Positions 56,877-64,000 of a stretch of DNA of 64,000 bases are shown here, one piece after another. Location of the stretch: contig CAVVJT010000010.1 of the NCBI GenBank assembly GCA_963748625.1, positions 1,216,001 to 1,280,000 on the forward strand, given 5' to 3'. The DNA is from an uncultured Chloroflexia bacterium (GTDB taxonomy: Bacteria; Chloroflexota; Limnocylindria; Limnocylindrales; CSP1-4). Each line of letters begins with the position of its first letter. Position 1 is the stretch's first letter. A program made the translations under genes and the position numbers. The notes beneath the pieces are model-generated. The model saw only the letters and a program-made list of their open reading frames with translations. It ran no database searches and was not told the origin of the DNA.

Positions 56877-58119
56877 GCGGCTCGCCGTCGCTGCCCAGGA
56901 CGGTGAGGGTGCGCCGCGCCGGGATCGTGTCGGAGGTGTGCGCCGCCAGCAGCTCCACGGCCCGGCAGAACCGCTCGATCTCCTCCTCGGTGGTCCAGAA
57001 GCCGAGCGAGATCCGGATCGCGTCGAGCGCCGGCAGGTCACGGATGATCGCGAAGACGCGCGCCGCGAGCTCCTTGGCCGCCTCGGCGGCGGGCCAGCCG
57101 TCAATCCTGAACGTCACCAGCGTGCCGCCGTGACCGGCGGGGGTCACCATGCGCACACCGGGGATCGCGGCCAGGCGCTCGTAGGCCACAGCCGCAAGCC
57201 GGGTGGCGCGCGCGGTCGCCCAGGGGATGCCCACGTACATCGACAGCCAGCCTGCGCTCCGCCCCAGGCCGATGACCGACGGCCGGTGGAACCCGGTGCC
57301 TTCGAACCGCCGGGCGTTCGGGTGGAGATTCGCCACATCCGGCGGCAGCGACGCGTACGAGAGGTAGTTGGTCGCCAACGGCTCGGCCTGCTCGGCGAAC
57401 GAGCGACGGGCCCACAGCGCGCCCATCCCCTCCGGTCCGAGGAGCCACTTCTGGCCGGGGACGGCGTAGGCATCCACGTCGAGGTCGAGCAGCGTGACCG
57501 CGATCGCACCCGCGGACTGGGCGCCGTCCACGATCGCCAGGGCGCCTGCCCGGTGCGCCAGGGTGCCGAGCTGCCCGACCGGGAGCACCGCGCCCGTCGT
57601 CCACAGCACGTGGCTGGCGACGACCGCGCGGGTCGGGCGTTCAAGCGCACCCGCGAACGCCGCGAGGGTGCGCTCGTCATCGCCTCCGTCGCCGATGTCG
57701 AGCACCTCCACGTCGAGGTCGAACCGGTGCCGCAGGGAGGCAAGCGGCGCCAGGACGCCCGGGTGCTCGTGGTTGGTGGTGAGCACACGGTCCCCGGGGC
57801 GCCAGCGAATGCCACCGAGGGCCATGTTGAGCCCGTCGGTGGTGGAGTGCGTCAGGGCGATGTCGTCGGGATCGGCCACCAGGACCGCCGCGATGGTCGC
57901 CCGCACCTCAGCCATCCGCTCGAAGAAGGCGATGTACTCCGGGATCGCGGCACGGCCCACCGCCAGCTCGCGCGCCGCCTGCTCGTCCATGGCCGCCTGC
58001 GTCTCGGCCGGGAGCGGACCGGCACTGCCGGCGTTGAGGTAGATTCCGGCCCCGGTGGCGGGCAGCAGGGCCCGCAGGGCGGCAACCTTCTCAGGATCGG
58101 GCAGGAACGGGGACACCAC
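56869..58119 (-). CDS. Class V PLP enzyme (cysteine/cystine lyase- or CefD-like)
   Basis: IYLNAGSAGP, STTDG, EHP, SHVLWTTG, VDGAQSAG, PGQKWLLGPEG; no C-terminal HHC desulfurase Cys. Confidence 0.85.
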   Translation of the reverse strand: MVSPFLPDPEKVAALRALLPATGAGIYLNAGSAGPLPAETQAAMDEQAARELAVGRAAIPEYIAFFERMAEVRATIAAVLVADPDDIALTHSTTDGLNMALGGIRWRPGDRVLTTNHEHPGVLAPLASLRHRFDLDVEVLDIGDGGDDERTLAAFAGALERPTRAVVASHVLWTTGAVLPVGQLGTLAHRAGALAIVDGAQSAGAIAVTLLDLDVDAYAVPGQKWLLGPEGMGALWARRSFAEQAEPLATNYLSYASLPPDVANLHPNARRFEGTGFHRPSVIGLGRSAGWLSMYVGIPWATARATRLAAVAYERLAAIPGVRMVTPAGHGGTLVTFRIDGWPAAEAAKELAARVFAIIRDLPALDAIRISLGFWTTEEEIERFCRAVELLAAHTSDTIPARRTLTVLGSDGEPLG

Positions 58120-58190
58120 GTCCGTATGATAACGGCCGGGTCGTCGCATCCTGCCCCAGGACCATCACCGACCCACTGCTGGAGGCCCTC

Positions 58191-59033
58191 TTGGCCGGCA
58201 TCGCGCGTCCCGAGCTGATCGCCACCCCGGAGTGGCTCGCCGAGAACCTCGGCCGACCGGACCTGCGGGTGCTTGATGTCCGCTGGCGTCCGGACGGCAC
58301 CGCGTCGGCGCTGTTCGCCGCGGGCCACATCCCTGGCGCGGCCCACGTGGACTGGCGCGAGACCCTGGTCGCCGCCGACGAGAGCACCGACGTCCTCCAG
58401 CTGGTGGCCCCGGCGCCGATGGCCGCCGCGATGGGCCGCGCAGGCATCGGCGACAGCACATCGGTGGTCATCTACGACGACACGCTGGGCTACTTCTCCG
58501 CTCGCGCGTGGTGGAGCCTGCGGGCTTACGGCTACGAGGCGGCGCGCATCCTCGAAGGCGGATGGCATGCATGGACCGAGGGTGGGCACCCGGTCGCGAG
58601 CGGCGAGCCCACCGCGCTCAAGGCCACGTTCACCCCCCACACACAAGCGCGCCAGCGCCTCACGACGTCGGACGTGCGCGGACTGCTGGGGGCGCCCGAC
58701 GTGCTGCTGCTCGATGCGCGCGGTCCTGCCGAGTACCACGGCTACGAGGGCAATGTCCGGCGCCTGGGCCATATTCCGGGCGCCGTCAACGTGCCGGTGG
58801 CGATGATGCATGTGCCGGGGACCCAGCACCTGCGCCCGCCCGACGAGCTGCGCTCGATCCTGCTCAAGGCCAACGTGACGCGAGGCCGCCGCCTCGTCTG
58901 CTACGACGGGTCCGGCATGGCGGCGGCCAAGCTCGCGTACGTGCTGACCCTGCTCGGGCACGAGGACGTCGCCCTGTACGACGGGGGATGGGCCGAGTGG
59001 GGCGACCGGCTGGACCTGCCGGTGGACCGCTAG
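58191..59033 (+). CDS. Two-domain rhodanese/sulfurtransferase-like protein lacking the catalytic Cys
   Basis: GHIPGA x2, ARAWW, ILEGG, LDAR..EY.G, YDGGWAEW; active loop reads CYDGSG. Confidence 0.85.
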   Translation: MAGIARPELIATPEWLAENLGRPDLRVLDVRWRPDGTASALFAAGHIPGAAHVDWRETLVAADESTDVLQLVAPAPMAAAMGRAGIGDSTSVVIYDDTLGYFSARAWWSLRAYGYEAARILEGGWHAWTEGGHPVASGEPTALKATFTPHTQARQRLTTSDVRGLLGAPDVLLLDARGPAEYHGYEGNVRRLGHIPGAVNVPVAMMHVPGTQHLRPPDELRSILLKANVTRGRRLVCYDGSGMAAAKLAYVLTLLGHEDVALYDGGWAEWGDRLDLPVDR

Positions 59034-59131
59034 CTCCGGCCAGCCGGCCCCACGTCATACCCGGGCTCAGCCCGCCTGGCTTCTCGCCCAACGAACGATC
59101 GCGGCGAGGCATGCACGCGATCGGTCAGTCC

Positions 59132-59656
59132 CTATGGCGCCTCCGCATCATCGGCCAGCCTGGCCAGGATCTGGGTCCGGCTGTGGTTGACCGCCACGAT
59201 GACGGCCTCCCGCCGCGGCTCGCCCATCCGATCCGACCAGTAGACCGCGTCGGTCACCGGCAGGAAGCGCCCGGTGAGCTCGCTGAGCGCCTCCCGGATG
59301 TTGTCCTCCGTCGGCAGCAGGTGGATCGTGCCTTCGATCGTGAACGGCGGGACGGAGACCATCGCCCGCTCACGGTGCTTCGGCGTCCGCAGCTCCGCCA
59401 CGGGCTCCACTGGGACATCGGCCACCGCGAAGAGCACGGCGTCCAGGTTCACCTGGGCGAAGGCCGCACGGACGAGTGCTTCGGCAGAGCCGAGCTCGCG
59501 CACTTCCACGTCCTCGAGCACCAGGAACGGCTGCTCGTTGCGGTTCAGGATGTCGGTGACCCGGTGCTGGCGGGTCCGGTACAGGCCCTTCGTGACGAGG
59601 GCGTCCGTGTAGAGCGTCAGCTCCACCCGTGCCAGCTCAGCGAACGCGGGATACAT
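59132..59656 (-). CDS. Hypothetical protein with internally duplicated beta domain
   Basis: GGAGG RBS; halves G.YR..RVTDILN...PFL.L.DV...VN and G.IH...IREALS...RFLPVTDA...VN. Confidence 0.7.
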   Translation of the reverse strand: MYPAFAELARVELTLYTDALVTKGLYRTRQHRVTDILNRNEQPFLVLEDVEVRELGSAEALVRAAFAQVNLDAVLFAVADVPVEPVAELRTPKHRERAMVSVPPFTIEGTIHLLPTEDNIREALSELTGRFLPVTDAVYWSDRMGEPRREAVIVAVNHSRTQILARLADDAEAP

Positions 59657-59750
59657 GCGCGAGTCCTCCGGGGCGCGCGCCGGCAGGTGGCGCGTGCTCA
59701 ACGCCCGCAGCATAGGCACGGGCGGCGTCGGCGTATATGGGCCGGATGCC

Positions 59751-61448
59751 CTACGGCCTGGCGCTTGCCGTCACCAGGTGCTCTGCGCCCTGCTGGAGAC
59801 CCTCGTACAGCGCCTCGACCGTCGCCACCGTGTCCGCCTCGGAGGCCGGCTTGTCCGGGCGCAGCCGCGCGATCCGCGGGAACCGGAGCGCGAACCCGCT
59901 CTTGTGCCGCTTGGAGCGCATGATCACGTCGAAGGCGATCTCCACCACCACCGCCGGCTCCACCACCCGGTAGCGCCCGTGCTCGGACACCGTGTGCGCC
60001 TCGAACCAGCGCGTCATCTCCGCGATCTCGGCATCGGTCAGCCCCGTGTACGCCTTGCCGATGGTGACCAGGCGTCCGCCGGGCTCGTCCCAGACCGCGA
60101 AGGTGTAGTCCGACAGCACGCCGTGACGCTTGCCGTGGCCTACCTCCACGCCCACCACGACGCAGTCGATCGTTGCCAGGGCCTTCTTCATCTTCAGCCA
60201 GCCCAGACCGCGCCTGCCCGGCGTGTAGGTGGAGGTCGGGTCCTTGACCATGAGGCCCTCGTTGCGCCGGGCGCGCGCATCGGCAAAGGCGGCTTCCAGC
60301 CCGTCCACCGAGTCGACCGAGACCAGGTGTGAGAGTCCAAACCGGCCCCCGTCGGCCGCAAGCGGGAGCGCCAGGCCTTCGAGGCTGCGCCGGCGCTCGG
60401 CCAGCGGCGTGTCCAGCAGTGGCACCACGACGCCATCCCCATCCGCGTCGAGGCCCAGCACGTCCCAGGCCACGTGGATCACGGGCACGTCGGCCAGGAT
60501 CGTCGCCGACGGGTTCTTGCGGCCAAGCCGGGCCTGGAGCTGGAGGAACGGCAGCACCACGCCGTCCTTCCAGGCCAGCAGCTCCCCGTCGAGGATCCCG
60601 GACCACGGCAGGGCACGCGCACCCTCGACCACCTCCGGGAACTGGCCGCTGATGTCGTTGAGGTCGCGGGAGTACAGCCGTACCTCGTCGCCGGTGCGGT
60701 GGAGCTGGGCACGGATCCCGTCGTACTTGTCCTCCACCCAGACGACGGGTCCCAGGCGGGCCATGATCTCCGCAGCGTTCTCGGCGGGCGAGGCCAGCAT
60801 GAACTTGAGCGGGTGGAACAGGGCGAGCGCGGCCTCGCCCAGGCGGTCCTCGCGGGCCAGCACCGCCGTCCTGCCGACATCGCCCGTGAGCATGCCCGCC
60901 CGCTTCACCGCCTCGAGCGGACGGTCGAACGCCTTCGCGATGGCGGCCTCGAGCAGGCCCTCGCGCAACCCGATCCGCAGCTCCCCGCCCAGCACCTTGA
61001 TCACGGCGCCCGCCGTGCGTGGCGAGCAGCGGGCCAACAGCGCCTCCAGCAGGGCGGACTTCGCCGCGGTGCCGGATGCCGCCTCGATCGACCCGAGCGC
61101 CAGGCGGACCTCGTGCAGCGTCGGCTCGCCGGCCGGGTCAGGGGCGTGCCCGGCGTCGGCCAGCACCTCTGCCACGGCGGTGGCGACATCCGACGAGCGG
61201 TCGTAGGCGCGGCGCAGGGCGTCGTCGTCAGCTCCGGCCACGCGCAGGACGGCACCCGAGATCCCAGCCCAGCCGATGCCGACGGTGCGCTGGTCCGCCT
61301 CCGGGAACGGGCGCCCGGTCAGGAACACCGCGGCGACCGGGAGGTCGTCGGGCGGGAGGGACGCGAGGTACTCCGCGAGGATCTCCGTCTTGACCGATGT
61401 CCTCGTGGTGGCTGCCACGCGATCGGCCGTCTCGCTCCAGCGGCGCAT
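59751..61448 (-). CDS. ligB: ATP-dependent DNA ligase
   Basis: VEDKYDGIRAQLH, ILDGEL, WDVL, NEGLMVK, WLKMKK, ALRFPR. Confidence 0.92.
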   Translation of the reverse strand: MRRWSETADRVAATTRTSVKTEILAEYLASLPPDDLPVAAVFLTGRPFPEADQRTVGIGWAGISGAVLRVAGADDDALRRAYDRSSDVATAVAEVLADAGHAPDPAGEPTLHEVRLALGSIEAASGTAAKSALLEALLARCSPRTAGAVIKVLGGELRIGLREGLLEAAIAKAFDRPLEAVKRAGMLTGDVGRTAVLAREDRLGEAALALFHPLKFMLASPAENAAEIMARLGPVVWVEDKYDGIRAQLHRTGDEVRLYSRDLNDISGQFPEVVEGARALPWSGILDGELLAWKDGVVLPFLQLQARLGRKNPSATILADVPVIHVAWDVLGLDADGDGVVVPLLDTPLAERRRSLEGLALPLAADGGRFGLSHLVSVDSVDGLEAAFADARARRNEGLMVKDPTSTYTPGRRGLGWLKMKKALATIDCVVVGVEVGHGKRHGVLSDYTFAVWDEPGGRLVTIGKAYTGLTDAEIAEMTRWFEAHTVSEHGRYRVVEPAVVVEIAFDVIMRSKRHKSGFALRFPRIARLRPDKPASEADTVATVEALYEGLQQGAEHLVTASARP

Positions 61449-61475
61449 GGGCGCGATGGTATAGGGTGAACGGCG

Positions 61476-62141
61476 ATGCTCCACCGTCGCTGGTTCCCGG
61501 AACAGCTCGTCGGCGAGACGGTCGTGCTTCGCCGGCATGTCCGCGACAACCTGCGCGACTTCCTGCGCTGGTACCAGGATCCGGAGGTGGCGCGGCTCAC
61601 GCGGTACCAGGACGGCCCGATGCGCCCCGATGAGATCGAGCGCTTCTTCATGCTCCGGGCGATGGGCCCGGATTCGCTCGCCATGGGCATCCACGTCCGG
61701 GCCACCGACCAGCTCATCGGGTCGTGCGCGTTCAGCCAGCTGGACGGCGACAACGGCTCGGTGCTGTTCCACATCACGATCGGCGAGCACGATGCCTGGG
61801 GCCACGGCTACGGCTCGGAGGCGACGGCGCTGATGGTGGACCACGCCTTCGGGTCGCTCGGGCTGCACCGCGTGGCGCTGACGGTGTTCGCGTTCAACGA
61901 GCGGGCGATCCGGTCCTACCAGAAGGTGGGCTTCGTGGTCGAAGGCTCGGCCCGCGAGGCGATCTGGCGCGACGGCCACTGGTGGGACGAGATCCATATG
62001 AGCGTGCTGGAGCCCGAATGGCGGTCCGCGCGCTGGCAGGCCCGCGCGGCCACTGACGGACGGCTGCCGGTGGCCGAGGACGACGCCGCCACGCCGACCC
62101 TGGTGCGCGACGCGGCCCCCGCCCGTGACTGGCACGCCTGA
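61476..62141 (+). CDS. RimJ/RimL-type GNAT acetyltransferase
   Basis: WGHGYGSEAT, LGLHRVAL.VFAFNERAIRSYQKVGF..EG. Confidence 0.88.
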   Translation: MLHRRWFPEQLVGETVVLRRHVRDNLRDFLRWYQDPEVARLTRYQDGPMRPDEIERFFMLRAMGPDSLAMGIHVRATDQLIGSCAFSQLDGDNGSVLFHITIGEHDAWGHGYGSEATALMVDHAFGSLGLHRVALTVFAFNERAIRSYQKVGFVVEGSAREAIWRDGHWWDEIHMSVLEPEWRSARWQARAATDGRLPVAEDDAATPTLVRDAAPARDWHA

Positions 62142-62142
62142 G

Positions 62143-62421
62143 ATGCCGAGCACCGGGCGCGAGGCCGAGGCCGCGCGCGCCGCCTTCCGCGAGGCGCTCG
62201 AGGCGAAGGGCCACAGCGTGGACATTGCGCGTGACGCGGTCGCCGGGCTGGACGCCGCCTTCGCGTCCGGCGCCCTGGTCCGGACGCCCGCGCTGGACGC
62301 GATGCTCGGGGACCTCGCGCTGGCAACGGACCGGGACGAGGGGCAGAAGTTGGGCGGCAAGTCGGCCGAGGCGGCCCGGTTCATCCTGGCGGCCATCTCG
62401 CGCGAGCTCGAGAACGCCTGA
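62143..62421 (+). CDS. Small hypothetical protein
   Basis: Helical protein-like ORF directly after the GNAT; alternative GTG start at 62125. Confidence 0.6.
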   Translation: MPSTGREAEAARAAFREALEAKGHSVDIARDAVAGLDAAFASGALVRTPALDAMLGDLALATDRDEGQKLGGKSAEAARFILAAISRELENA

Positions 62422-62520
62422 CCGCCTGACCGCCTGACCGCCGGGACGCCGAAGGGAGGCCGGGGCGCTGGAAGGCAGGGCGCGGCCGTCCTCCGCTGAC
62501 CTCTCGCTGTCGCCTCCCTC

Positions 62521-62660
62521 CCAGCGGGCGCTGTGTGCGGGATTCGGCGCACCCGGCCCGGCCAGCGGGACGATCCGCCCCGATTCGGCCTGGCGGCACC
62601 CTGGCTGCCCGCTGGGCGGCAAGGACGGGCGAAATCCTGCGCGCACGGCCCGCCTGGCGG
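62521..62660. repeat. Dispersed ~140-bp palindromic element, copy 2 (inverted)
   Basis: Reverse complement matches the ends and centre of 17510-17649. Confidence 0.55.
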
Positions 62661-62822
62661 CAGGCGGGGCGAGCGGGCGGCTTGGTGCGCGCACCGCCCG
62701 TGGGCAGGGCAGCAGGGCGGCTCCCGGAGCGACGACGGGAAGCCCCGCGCAGGGGCCGGCTCATGACCCCGCGCGCGACGCGTCCTCGACGCAAGACCAC
62801 CAAGAACCTGCCGGACGGGGCG

Positions 62823-63302
62823 TCAGCTCGAGCGGGGACGGGCCTCCCGCGCGGCAGCACGGGCTGCGAGCCCAAGCAGGCATGCGGCCACGAGGCTCGC
62901 CGCGCTGGGGATGGCGGTGACCACGAGGATGTCGGGTGGAGCGCCCGAGGAGAACGCCACCAGCACCGGGATCACGCCCACGAGCATGCAGGCTCCCGCG
63001 ATGCCTGCCGCCACAAGAAGTGCCACCTCACCGGGTCGCACCAGCGCCCAGATGCCGGCAACCAGCGGGACCACCCCGCACCCCGTGATCGCGATGCCCA
63101 TGGTCCCGCCGACCGCCCCCATGACCGAGTTGAGGAGCTGCACGCCTCCGTCAGTCGATCCGCCGTCGTCGACGAGCGGGAGGAATACGACGACGATCGC
63201 GATCCCGCCGACCGTGAGCGCCATGCCCAGCGCCGCAAGGACGGTCGCGCCAGCGGGTCCGGCCCACCTTCGGGGCCGATGCCGCCTGTCGGGATCCGGC
63301 AT
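62823..63302 (-). CDS. Hypothetical four-TM membrane protein
   Basis: Four hydrophobic segments in the ORF. Confidence 0.55.
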   Translation of the reverse strand: MPDPDRRHRPRRWAGPAGATVLAALGMALTVGGIAIVVVFLPLVDDGGSTDGGVQLLNSVMGAVGGTMGIAITGCGVVPLVAGIWALVRPGEVALLVAAGIAGACMLVGVIPVLVAFSSGAPPDILVVTAIPSAASLVAACLLGLAARAAAREARPRSS

Positions 63303-63469
63303 TGCGAAGCACCTCCTCGCCACGGTGCCGCCACTGCGGTACCCGGATCGTGCCCTTCGCAACGTGGCCGGAGTGAGAGGCGTTGGTCACGAGTCGCGCC
63401 CGAGCCGCAGGCGTCACAATCACGAGTGCCACCACTCGAGACCACCTGACCTGAAACTGGAGATCGCCC

Positions 63470-64000
63470 GTGACCGACCTCAAGATCGGCGCCAACCTCT
63501 GGAGCCAGCGCACCAGCTGGGCCGACTTCCTTGCCGCCGCCCAGCTCGTGGACCGCCTCGGCTACCGCAGCCTGTGGACGTGGGACCACATCCACGCGAT
63601 CTTCGGGGATCCGCTCCAGGACATCTTCGAGGCGTACACCACGCTCGGCGCCTGGGCCCAGGCCACGCAGCAGGTCCAGATCGGCCTGATGGTCGGCGCC
63701 AACACCTTCCGGAACCCTGGCCTCGTCGCCAAGAGCATCGCCACGCTCGACCACATCTCGGGTGGGCGCGCGATCCTGGGCATCGGCGGCGCCTGGTTCG
63801 AGTACGAGCACACCGCGCACGGGATCGACTTCGGCTCCGGCTTCGGGCAGCGGCTTGACTGGCTCGACGAGTCGGTGGCGGCGATGACGGCGCTGCTGGG
63901 TGGCGGCACCGTCACGAGCGAGACCGACGGCCACTACGCCTTCAAGGACCTGCGCCACAACCCGCTGCCGGTGCGTGCGAAGGTGCCCGTGATGATCGGC
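63470..64000 (+). CDS. LLM-class (luciferase-like) flavin/F420-dependent oxidoreductase, partial
   Basis: GGAG RBS + GTG; SLWTWDH, NTFRNPGLVAKSIATLDHISGGRAILGIGGAW. Confidence 0.9.
   Translation, partial: MTDLKIGANLWSQRTSWADFLAAAQLVDRLGYRSLWTWDHIHAIFGDPLQDIFEAYTTLGAWAQATQQVQIGLMVGANTFRNPGLVAKSIATLDHISGGRAILGIGGAWFEYEHTAHGIDFGSGFGQRLDWLDESVAAMTALLGGGTVTSETDGHYAFKDLRHNPLPVRAKVPVMIG

Noticed and set aside
63385-63445. TCACGAGT repeats and inverted ACTCGAGA upstream of the LLM gene as a riboswitch
   Set aside because: No known aptamer consensus; at most an operator overlapping a CACAAT -10, too weak to call.

Overview
A very GC-rich bacterial chromosome segment of about 60 densely packed genes. 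Gene style suggests a Chloroflexota (Limnocylindria-like) or other actinobacteria-like organism; this is inference only. No transposase, integrase, prophage core gene, rRNA or CRISPR array was found. Content in order: partial fkp, alkaline phosphatase, guanine deaminase, HtrA, a copper-handling module with its two-component system, a NuoF-like/ferredoxin/4Fe-4S redox group, GGDEF and GAF-PAS signalling proteins, a three-gene pnt transhydrogenase, a kinase-regulator-vanY-alr-ddl cassette, an ECF sigma/anti-sigma/lipoprotein locus, AlaX, a LAL-type regulator, an orphan permuted DNA methyltransferase, PrsW, a HYR surface protein, a PLP cysteine-lyase-like enzyme with a Cys-less rhodanese, ATP-dependent DNA ligase and a partial LLM oxidoreductase. 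The most notable observations are an intact tRNA-Ile gene with the rare UAU anticodon, a dispersed ~140-bp palindromic element in two copies, a candidate structured RNA ahead of a terminator, a recurring leaderless-promoter pattern, several proteins with lost catalytic residues, and two single-base frameshifts. Start coordinates were chosen by eye, and family assignments rest on recalled motifs, not database searches.
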